From Geosiphon pyriformis uo1 (taxonomy: Eukaryota > Fungi > Glomeromycota), in assembly GCA_016748015.1 (NCBI GenBank), contig JAAOMT010000175.1, positions 167,395 through 231,394 of the forward strand: 64,000 nucleotides of DNA, written 5' to 3'. Under the pieces are notes generated by a model. It did no database searches. It saw nothing but the letters and a program-made list of their open reading frames with translations, and had not been told where the DNA came from. Of this stretch, positions 12,964 to 23,545 are shown in pieces; position 1 is the stretch's first letter, and the number at the start of each line of letters is the position of its first letter. The translations under genes were made by a program, and so were the position numbers.

Positions 12964-15900
12964 TCAATTTAACATGTTGTTATCGATAATAATGATTGGT
13001 TCCAGATCTCGTGGAATCTCATTTGGTTGGACTAGTATTCTCTGTACTCTTAATTGTGGAATATTATTGGTAGATAGTAGTGTGATGTTGTGATATGGTT
13101 TCAGTTGATCTCCATGTGCTGGTTTGGTTAAAATTTTGTTATCCAATCTTAATTTGTAAGCTCTATTTCCTAGAATTTTTTCTATGTGAAATGATCCGTC
13201 CCATTTGGGGTCAAATTTTCCACTTCATTGTTTTTCTGCTTTGGTATGATATAGTAATACTTTGTCTCTAATCTTGAATTTAACTGGTTTGTCTGGTAGT
13301 TGGCTATCATGTCTTTCTTTCTGTGTTTCTTGTGACTTTTGGATATTATCAGCTGCTCTTCTTTATTTGTTTTCCAATGTTTCCATTAAGTCATATGTTC
13401 TTCTCAGCAATGTTTCTTGAAAATTTTTCTCTGTTATTGGTTTAGCTGGATATGTATTAATTTCTCTTTCTACTGGTAACGTTGCTATTCTTCTATATAC
13501 TAATTCAAATGATATTGCTTGTGTAATATCCTGTTTCATTGTCCGATAAGCAAATAGTATTGATGGTATGAACAAATCCCAATCGTTCTGGTTTTCTTGG
13601 CTGAGCTTGGCTATTGCTTCACACAATGTTCTGTTGAATCTTTCTACTAATTTATTGGTTTGTGAATGGTATGGTGATGATAATGGTCTCTTGATTCCGA
13701 ATCTTTGGCTCAATTCTGTTAATGTTCTGTTCACAAAATAAGTTCCTTGGTCTGATAATAATTTTTTTGGACATCTATGTTGACAAATCAAATCCTAATG
13801 AACAAATTTGGCAACAGATTTTGCATCCGCTTTTTGAATTGCTTTTGCTTCTGGCCATTTAGTGAAATAGTCCATAGCTACTGCTATGTATCTGTTTCCT
13901 CTGCTGGTGATTATTAATGATCCAACTAAATCAATTCCCATATGGTCAAATGGTTGTCCCACTTTGATTGGTCTTAATGGTTCACTGGGTTTTGTTTCTC
14001 CTCTTTGCTAACAAGCATCACAATTTTGAACATATTGAATGATGTCTGGGTACATTGATGGCCAATAGTATCTTTTTCTAGTTCTTTTCATGGTTGCTTC
14101 TTTGTGAAAATGTCCTGCTGTTGGATTTGAGTGCATGTTGAATAATATTGTCTCTTTTTCTGACTTCGTAATTACTCTGGTTGGTTGATCTAGATCTTTT
14201 CTATTTTTCTGATAAAGTATATTTTGGTGAGTGATAAAATATTTTGATTGTTGTTTAATACTCCTTCATTCCGTATGAGATAAATTCTTCTTGAACTGTT
14301 GAGTGTTTAGATAATGTTGTAATTGTTGATATTTTTATATGTTTATCTTTTGTTGTATTTTTCCATTGGTATTGTTCTGGTTTTCTTATATTTTTGGATT
14401 AAAATGTTCTTAGATTTGTCTTATTCGCAATAAACCATCAGCATTTCTGTTGTCCTTTGCCTTTTTGTAATGTATAATATAATTGTATGGTGCAAGTGCC
14501 ATTTTCTATCTTGACTGTTTTCCATCTCCAAATTCTTGTTTTTGGAGTGATGTTAATCCCTTGTGATCTGTGTATACTTCAAACTTCTTGCTCAAGTATT
14601 CTTTCCATTTCATAATGGCCCAGTATATTGCTAAGTGTTCTTGTTCCAGTGTTCCATAGTTCTTTTCGGCTGGTGTTAAACCTCTGCTGGCATATGCTAC
14701 TGAATGTTCTCTGCTGTCCAGTCCTCTCTGAGATAATACTGCTCCCAATGCTTGGCCGGATGTATCGGTGGTGATGATGAATAGTTTGCTGTAATCTGAA
14801 TAGATCAGTACTGGAGCTTAGATGAGCTTTTTTTTCAGAATATCAAAAGCTTTTTGTTGACTTTCTGTCCATTCATATTTCGTATTTTTGTTTTGCAGTT
14901 AGTTGAGTGGCTGTGCTATCTTGGAAAAGTTCTTGATAAAATGACAATAGTAGCTGGCGAATCCCAAAAATGATTTCAGTTCTGTTATATTGGCTGGCAC
15001 TGGAAAGTTCTTTACTATCTCTATTTTCTCTGGATCTGTTTTGATGCCATCTTTGCTGACTATGTGTTCCAAGAATTTGAGTTCTGTCTTGCCAAAGAAG
15101 CATTTTGTTGCATTTAACTTTAGTCTTGTTCTTCTTAGTCTTTCGAACACTTGTTGAAGATAATGAAGATGATCATCAAACGTTTTTGAGAATACATTGG
15201 TGTCATCCAAGTATACAACTACTGATTTCCACAATAAGCCCATATAAACAATTTCCATTAGCCGTTGGAAAGTTGCTGGGGCATTGGTTAAGCCAAATGG
15301 CATTACTTCAAATTCGAAATTCCCTTTTCTAGTAGTAAATGCCATCTTCACTTTGTCAGCTGGATTCATGGCTACTTGCCAATAACCACTGTCCAAATCT
15401 AATGTGAAGAATCATTTGTTCCTCCTGAAAGCATCGAATAATTCCTGTATTCATGGAGTTAGATAACTGTCTCCACGAGTTACACCATTGAGTTTCCTGT
15501 AGTTTACACAAAACTGGATTTTTCCATTTCTCTTATGGACAAGTACTACTGGTAATAACCATAGACTTATTGATAGTTGAATTAGTCCATTGTCAAGCAT
15601 TCTGTTTATCTCTTGACGAATAATCTTGTGGCTAGCTGGTGGCACTCTGTATGCTCTTTGTTTGATTGGCATTGCATCTCCCATCTTGATCTGATGCTGG
15701 ATGATGTCAGTTCGGCCAAATTCATTTTCACTGGCAAAGATGTCATTGAAATTGTTGAGTAACATCTTGAGCTGCATACATTGGAGTGGATCTAAGTTTT
15801 CCATGTTCATTTGTTCCAATTGTTCTGGTTGGAGCAAATAACATTTGTTTTGTCCATAGATTGTTTGTGAGGTGATGTCAACATATCTACAAAGTTGTGG

Positions 15901-18900
15901 AAAGTCTGGAATGGGGTTTGGTGGTTGGTTTTCTATTTCTGTGGTTAAATATCCAATGGTGGTTCTTTTTGATATGTTGATGACATTGCCAGTGTTGTTG
16001 TAGATGGAAATTTTTATGCTGCTATAGCTTTTGGCTGGTATGTAGAGATTGATCAACCCAATCTCTCCTGATTCACAAAGGCTTGTTTCCACTTCAAAAA
16101 TTTGTTCTTGCTCTTTTTCCTTTCTTTCTATTGCTAGCATGTACTGGCTATATGGTGGGATGGAAATAGCTTGACTGGTTGAGATAATTTCTCCTTGGCC
16201 AACAATTTCTTTCTCTGCCATATTAACTGGTACATCTATTCTATCTGTTGATCCAAATCCTTGTATCCCTCTTGCTGTTATTCCTAATTCCTCTTTATTT
16301 CCCACTGATACTAATTGAGCTACTTTAACCAGAGGCAAGAATATTGTCTGTGCTATTTTTTTGTTGGGTTCTATTATATAGGTTTTTTCTGAGTTATTTT
16401 GTAGCATGGCAATAATATTTTCTATATATTCCGCATCAATTATTCCTTCTTTTATATTAATCTCTCTTTTTGCTAAACTACTTCTAAATGCTAATTGAAC
16501 CATTGTTGTTGCTGGAATTTCTAATGCTATTTTCAGATCAATGCAGGTGCATGAATGTGGTTCCAATTTGATGGCATTTTTTCCTGGATATCTCAGATCA
16601 AACTCTGCATCAGTATCATGCATACGTTCTGGCATAATACCTTTCCCATTGTCACTATACCATTTCAACTCTTGTTCCTTGGAGAAATCTGGTAGTGCAA
16701 TGTATTGTTCGTAGTTTAAATCGGAGTTTGAATCTGAGTTGGAATCATTGTCATTGTCATTGTCATTTTGAATGGAGCTTGAACTGTTGTTGTCATCGTT
16801 ATTGTTGGAGTTTGAATTGTGATTGATCGGCGATTCTGATTCTGATGCGCAGCTGCTGATTGGTTCTTCTTTTTCAGGGATCAAGTAGATCATGCGTGGT
16901 GGTAAATTGTAAATGAGGTTACACTCATCACAATACTGGAAGTCACAGGGAATTAGGCAGTGTTGACATAGTCGAGTGTTCAACTGCTCTAATCGTTGTT
17001 TTTGTTCTTCCCTTGTGGGTGCTAATTTTTGGTAGTGTTTGTGGAATTGTTCTGGATCCAGGAGGTTTATGATAGGTTCTGCATCCCAGTCAAGCTCTAA
17101 AGGTTCTGGGGAATTGTTTTTGATTGTTTTTATCTCTTCTGGTGTCACCCCTTTGATTTTGGCAAGTGCTATTCACCAAATTTTGTTATCGTCATGTGGA
17201 CAACTGTCTAATCGTTGCACTGCTCTTTGCCAAGCAGCTTTGATTGGTGTCCCCTTTTTAACCCAGTCACTGATCAGAATTGTGTATTGACACTCTACGT
17301 CGCACATTCCTCCATGTCCAGGAATGTCATGTCACATTTCTTCATCCAATAAAGTCTCTCCACAAGCTAAGCATGGCTGATTGTCCCATTTCCCTATTTG
17401 TTTTGGTCTTCCAAAGCGTTCAAGGATGTATGGGCAGCAATAGAACCTAGTTGCCATTGAATATTCCTCATTGTCCCTACAGTATGTGCCCATTAATGAC
17501 AATTTCTTGCCACAATCAACGCATATAAGCTTAGGTTGATGATAGGTAAATTGTTGTGGTATAGTGTAGGTGTTATAAGCAGTGGTGGTTTGGGTGGTTT
17601 TTTCTGCTTTCCCTTTTCTTTTATTTTCTTTGTCCTCTTCCCATTCCCAGCTTGAAGTCGGTTTGCTCTCATCATTGTCAGTCCATGTTAGGTCATCAGT
17701 TTTCCAGGTAAGTTCTTCTTTTTGTTTCCCTTTTCCCTTGTTGTTGTCATTTCAGAAGAGTATTGGCAGTAGTTTATTGTGCCTTTCATCAGCCCACGAC
17801 ACTTGGTAGGCTTTCCAGATAGACTTTGGTTTCTCCTCGTCGAAGTCGATTAGTGGTGCCGTGGTGTTGGTAGTCTTAAAGTGGCCACATATTGCTGATA
17901 CTCATATGTGTCTTCCATTCTGGCTGAGTATTAACTCTTGGGTCATCTAATTAAGCATGGCATTGGTTTTGGACAGCCAGTCATTACCAATTAGGGCTTG
18001 GTATTGGGTGGCATCTATTATTAAGACTTTGATAGGTACTATGATGCCATTAATTTCTATAGAGAAATCATCTATCTCGCTGATAGGTGTTTTGGTGGTG
18101 CCATCAGCAGTGATAATTCTAGCGCTGGCAGCTCGATCAACTCAGCAACCTAATTGATCCATGAGCTGTTTTGTGATTATGCTGCCAGCTAATCCACTAT
18201 CTAGGATAAGTTTGATGGGATGACTATCAACTCTGGCATCTGTGTACATTGCTGTTATAGGTTTCTCTTCAAGGGTGGCTCCACTGAATAATGGTATCAT
18301 TGTGTTTTCTTCGAGTTCAAAGGGAAAGATGGCTGCTAGGAATTCGTCACTAGAGATGGTTGCCAGTGGAATCGTGTTGGTAGGCACGTGCTGATTGAAT
18401 TCCATGTTGTTGGATATGGCATTTTCTGAGGTAACCAAAAGACTTAAATAGTGTTGGGAATTTGGGTTTTGGATGTGACTGGTATCCAAATTCCGGGTAC
18501 GTGATTCTGATGGTGGGTTTAGCGAACTGGGGATTGGTTGGTGAACAACCATCGCTGATCTCCAGTTTTGAGTGACTCTGGATCGAGAGTTGCCTGATGT
18601 CATTTGAGCTGGGTTCTGGAGTGGTGCTTGAATTGGTTGGGGTTGATAGATGATTTGTGGCTGCAGTTGATATATTACTTGTGGCTGCAGCTAATAAATT
18701 GAAGGTTGATACACTGGTGGTTGATAGATTGGTTGCTGCGTCATTGGCAGGTAATTATTTTGATATTGGTCTTGATCTTGATTTGAATAATGATTCGGAG
18801 TTTGGAACTGGTGATTGGGGTTTCAAGATTGATTTCCCAATTGTTGGTTATTTAAACACTGGCAACAGTCCATTTGGATATGCCCTTGTTTACCACAATA

Positions 18901-19644
18901 GTGGCAGATACGCGTTTCCTGTTGCCACTGTTGATTGATCGATGCAGATAGACATGGTTGAGTTTGAGCATGATTAGAGTTTCCTTGATTATTGCGTCGT
19001 TGTAGAGGCTGATAGATGGCATAATTGTCAGCTAAGTATCCTTCCAATCTCTTATTAATTGATTTACTGATCTTCTCCAATTTGGAATCCAGTTCAGATG
19101 ATCCGTTCATTACTAGATTAACGGCTTGGGCATGATTAGCCTTGGACTCCATGGATTCAAAATCTCTGGTGCATGTAACTGTGTCTTAAAGGGTACCTGG
19201 ATGCAATGGACGTACATGTTGTAAGATGCTGCTGTGCAGACTGCGGATGAACTAATTGAGTATCTGTGATGCTGTGAAATAGTTGGCGTCAATTGCTTGA
19301 ATTTGGCATAGGTTTTGATAGAAGCATCCCAAGTAAGTGGTGACTGCTTCAGTTTCTTCTTGTTTTATGGTGGTGAATGCATTGACTAGGCGATTGATGC
19401 TATTGTTGTTGCTGAAGTATCTTAGGAATTCCACTTTGAAAGCATTGAAATCTTGTGGTTTATTAACCAAGCTCTGATACCATGAATTGGCAGTATCCTT
19501 GAAAAAGTAAGGAATGGCTTGTATTGCTCTAGCATCATTCCATCCGTTGGCTGAGATGGCCTTTTCTACATCATTCAGCCATACTTGAGCATCATCCTCT
19601 TCACCCATAAAGTTGTCAAGTTTTGCAATTGGTGTGTAGACCAT
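12964..19644 (-). pseudogene. gag-pol polyprotein pseudogene of E2 (CA, CCHC knuckle, protease, Cys-rich domain, dUTPase, RT, RNase H, integrase)
   Basis: MVYTPIAKLD capsid; CHYCGKQGHIQMDC; LILDSG; RT MPFGLTNAPATFQ and YLDD; RNase H; integrase core with GPF-type C terminus and no chromodomain. Confidence 0.95.
16245..16640 (-). pseudogene. dut: Trimeric dUTPase domain inside E2 pol
   Basis: Motifs I-V recognisable: DAEFDL, RSSL, GIIDAEY, IAQ, RGIQGFGS. Confidence 0.9.
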
Positions 19645-20628
19645 TGGATCTAAGTTAGGGGGTTGTGGTGGTTGTTGAAGCAGTTGTTGTTGTCCTGGCT
19701 GTTGGAGTGGTAGCTGAAGTGGCTGCTGTATGGGTTCAGCTATGGGATTAATTGGCAGTTGATTGATGATGATTACCGGAGGTAAGTTTTGTTGATTAAT
19801 TAATTCGGGGTTTTGATTTCATTGATTTGGTGGTGTTTGAATATTTGGGGTTTTGATTTCTGGATTTTCTAACTGTTGCTGAGTTTAAATGTTCGGGGTT
19901 TTAACTTCCGGGTTTTCAGTGATTGGGTGCTGGTAAGTGAATTCTTGATTCTCTGATTCTTCTTCCTCCTTTTCTGATTCTGTTGCTTCCCACAGATCAG
20001 AAATTCCAAAATCTGGTGAAGGCAGTGGTGATCGAAGTCCTAATGAGATTGATGATTGCAAATTAAATCTCTCAAAGTATTCGCCGTATGGTCCTAGCAA
20101 TTCTGTTTTCCTTTGTTTACTTTAGAATGGGAATTGTCCAAATGCTGATGTCGCAGTTGATGGAAACGTGTCAGTTGATGATATGTTAATGGCACTTCCA
20201 GGTGTATAGTAGTAGGATGGGTTGGTTGGTGATTTAATTTTTGTTTTCTTCCAAGTGGGTGGTTGTATCTTTTTGGGTGTTACTACTGGTGTTTGTAGTT
20301 TCCCTTTGCTTTTACTGGTGTAAGTAATTGGATATCTTTATTGGGTGTGATGTTTAATTTCTTTGTTGATTTCTGTAATGATGGATCCAAAATTATGATT
20401 TGTTGACAGGTTGGTGTTTTGAATTAACTCCCTATAGAAAGTTTCTCTTGCTGATTCAGTATTCACTGGTGTTCCTAATAAAGAAGAAATCTTTTCATTG
20501 ACATAGAAGTTGAAGGCTGATTTGGCAGATATATGATTGTGGTTTAATCCCAAGTATTGACAATAGTGTTAAAATAAGAATTTTGCGAATCCTAAATGGT
20601 TTGCTCCTATATTTTCTGATTCTGCCAC
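19645..20628 (-). pseudogene. Met-free N-terminal extension of E2 gag (328 codons from GTG 20628)
   Basis: In frame with the gag ATG at 19644; begins aaaaGTGgcagaa; no in-frame ATG; four stops of C>T type. Confidence 0.7.
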
Positions 20629-20671
20629 TTTTGGTTTGGTGTTGTCAGTGCTAGTTCTCTGTAAAATTATA

Positions 20672-20688
20672 CCTCACAGGGAGCACCA
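20672..20688 (-). promoter_or_regulatory. Primer binding site of E2 (TGGTGCTCCCTGTGAGG)
   Basis: Lies 2 nt after the 5' LTR and is complementary to a tRNA 3' end of the type ..CCUCAC..GGAGCACCA (Ile-UAU or elongator-Met type; identity not certain). Confidence 0.8.
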
Positions 20689-20690
20689 AA

Positions 20691-21533
20691 TGTTACAGGT
20701 GATTATTTCTGCTGTTGAATTAAATAACAAACCCGTAACTTGGTGCTCAAAAGCTATAATGTTGTTGGTAATATCTGAAGGTGTTGTATTTGAAGGTTTT
20801 GGTTGAGTCCTTTGTATAATGAACAGAGATTCAATAGTATCGATAGTAGATGTATCTTTCCAAAAGTTTTCCTAATTTCTTTCTCAGTGTGGTGGCCAGA
20901 TTTAGTCTGGCAGTTGTGCCTTTCTGGTAAGCTATCTGATAATATATAAAATCCTACCTGTATTTCTGGGTCTTTTACCAGACTATCCTTGACATCAATA
21001 ACTCAGCACTTTAATCTTTAATCAATTAGTATACAACAACAAATCACAATAAAATAAAAAAAAAGAAATAAAAAGAAAATAAAGAAAGAAAAGAAATAAG
21101 CCAAGGTGATTTGTAAATTAGTATCCCGTCAATAGCTGTGATCAAGAGCTATTGTTCCAGCATGGTTAAGTATCAATTACTATTAACATGAAGGGTTGAT
21201 AGTGGGGAGTGGATTGAGATATGAAATAATTATTTATTTGATGATTGTGTTTCTAGGCTAAGAATTCTGTGGTATCAATTCTGTCTTTTCTGTTTCTAAC
21301 ACTACTGCTATATATACATAATTGAGATTTCTCAATTCCTCGATTCTTCATGACAGGAATCCTAGAATTCCTAGAATCCTGCGATTCCTTTGAGAGGAAT
21401 CCTGGAATTCTGGAATCCTACAATTCCTCGTCAGAGAATCCTAAAAGGAAACCTGGAATTCTCTATTTACTATGCTTACTTCTGATTGGCTAATAATTAT
21501 GCTCATATATTTCCTATATTTCTATGAGTAACA
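20691..21533 (-). repeat. 5' LTR of E2
   Basis: 843 bp; differs from the 3' LTR by transitions and a ~24-bp indel in the GGAATYCY array. Confidence 0.95.
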
Positions 21534-22038
21534 CTGGTCTATTATTAAATATTTTTGGGCTCTTAGTAAAAGTAGAAGCAACACTGGGATTAACCCAAGT
21601 GTGTCTTTTAGAGAGAACTTTGACTGGTGAAAAACCAGCCAAAGATAAAGAAGTTGCTTCAGTGACTACCAAAAGCAGCTTAACATGATTACTAAGTAAA
21701 GAAAAGACTTCTAAAACATTTTGCCTAGTTGTTTCTACAACAAAGAGAGCTTTTTTGGTTGAAATTTTATTAGATATCAGGTACAGCTTTTTTACTCTTT
21801 GCTCTGGTCATGGTCATAAAATTAAGAAGACAAAAAGTTCTGATTTAATTTTATTGTAATTATTAAAAAAACATTAAGTAAAAAGCTCAAATATATCAAG
21901 AAAATTTTTTACTAAATAGATAATTTTAAAAAAACCATTATTTTTTCGAAATTTTAAGACATAATTTGATTAATATTTATTTTTGAATTAAGTTTAAATT
22001 AAATTAAAATTTTAATATTTAGTAAAAAAATTTTTTAT

Positions 22039-23545
22039 TATTATTAGTAAAAATTTAAGTTATTAATTAACATATATTATTATTTTAATTTATTACTTAT
22101 TAATTTATTAAATTATTAAATTATTAAATATTATTATCTAATTAATAATTATTATTTTTTTTTATTTCACATTTAACAAGTGTAGCCTAATCGCTATCTA
22201 GTACACAGAACCAAACTAAGAGGCTTAAACTAAACGCGACTCACATGCTTTCTACATGTGGCTAGCTACTCAGGCCAGACAAGGCAACACTACACACCTA
22301 TAATAACTTACACACTGCCACCCAGACCAGAAAAGAAACAACAAGGCTTACGACGACCAAAGCTAACAGCAAAAAAATTGGCCACACCAAGCAATCTTAC
22401 AACACCATCAAACAAAACTAAAGACACACCATAAGAGAACCCAGAAACAACACTACCGTTACAAACCAGACCAGCCTTCTCTATCACTACCCAGTGGCTG
22501 GCCCTAGCCAATCACACTTTAGCACGATGTAACTTAACCACAAACCTGACATAATCAACAATCTGAGTAGCTGCCACCTTTTTATCCTTAAAAATACTGC
22601 AAGCTTCCTCATACCACTCCCTCAGCACAAACTTTTTACAAACCAAAGTGTACAATCCAACATCAATGGAACATTGAGACAAAACTCACAACACGGCAGA
22701 AGCAGGGGAACCGCCAGCCAAAGCTGACCAATGGACAGAAGTCTTAGCCAAAATCTTACTATGAATTAATAATTTAATTTGTATAATATAAAAGTATAAT
22801 TAAATATAATAATTAGATTATGTAATATTTTAAATTATATAACATTTAAAAATTCATTAAAATATTTAGAAATTTAATAAAATATTTAATAGTTTAATAA
22901 AATAATTAATAATTTATAAAAATAATTTGTAATTTACCAAAATATATTTTTAGTTTATCAAAATATTAACAAAAAAAATACAAAATTATAAAATAATATT
23001 ATAATAAGTTGTATCAAAAAAAAGCTTTTTTTTTAAAAAAATATATTTTAGTTTAAAATTATTTTAGCTTAATTTAAAATAATTAATTAGTTACAATAAA
23101 TTAATTAGTAAAAATATATTTTAAAAACCAAACTTTTTTTAAAATTCACAAAATTTTAATTAATATTTAAAATTAATTAACTATTAATTTTAATAATTAT
23201 TTAATTAATTCCAAACTTAAACCAAAGACAATTTCTTTTTTTATATTTTTATATTTTTATATTATTAAATAGTTTACATTTAAAATTTTTGGTAAAAATA
23301 TTAACTTTTAAAATAATTATAAATTATTAAAAAGTTGATTTTTATTGCAAAATAATTACACAAAGTAATTAACATAAAAGTAACTATTTTATTATAAATT
23401 TAATAATATAAATAGTTTAAAGTATAAAAAAATACTTTGAAAATAAATTAGCTTATTAAAAATTAATTAGTTTTTAATAACAATAAATTTAACAATAATT
23501 TAATATTAATAATATCTTAAAAAATTTTTTTTTTAATATTAATAT
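22039..23545 (+). mobile_element. Extremely decayed family-B LTR, interrupted by a LINE fragment
   Basis: Colinear with LTR 47446-48426 once C>T/G>A decay is allowed (e.g. aatttaccaaaatatatttttagttta vs aatttgccaaaatgtatctttagttta). Start tattattag corresponds to tgttaccag. End approximate. Confidence 0.75.
22151..22763 (-). mobile_element. 5'-truncated LINE copy (ORF2 C terminus, 3' UTR and A-rich tail)
   Basis: 11-bp TSD AATTAATAATT (22140-22150 and 22764-22774); ORF 22308-22511; 3' UTR homologous to 9451-9580. Confidence 0.8.

Larger units (their letters stand above)
11400..21533 (-). mobile_element. Full-length Ty3/Gypsy LTR retrotransposon, family A (E2), dUTPase-bearing, inactivated by point mutations
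   Basis: Paired LTRs 20691-21533 and 11400-12266 with TG..CA ends; perfect 4-bp TSD CTGG (11396-11399 and 21534-21537); PBS and PPT present; order gag-PR-Cys-rich-dUTPase-RT-RH-IN-ORF3. Confidence 0.97.
9436..21844 (-). mobile_element. ORF1-only non-autonomous LINE derivative (~2.3 kb: 9436-11399 plus 21538-21844), split by Gypsy E2
   Basis: ORF1 starts MTMTRAKSKKAVPDI at 21817/21811, has a Zn-knuckle remnant at ~10200-10250 and ends at ~9577. A 3' UTR homologous to the LINE 3' end at 22171-22300 follows directly, then an A-rich tail. Candidate TSD TTAATTTTATT at 9425-9435 and 21845-21855. Confidence 0.75.
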
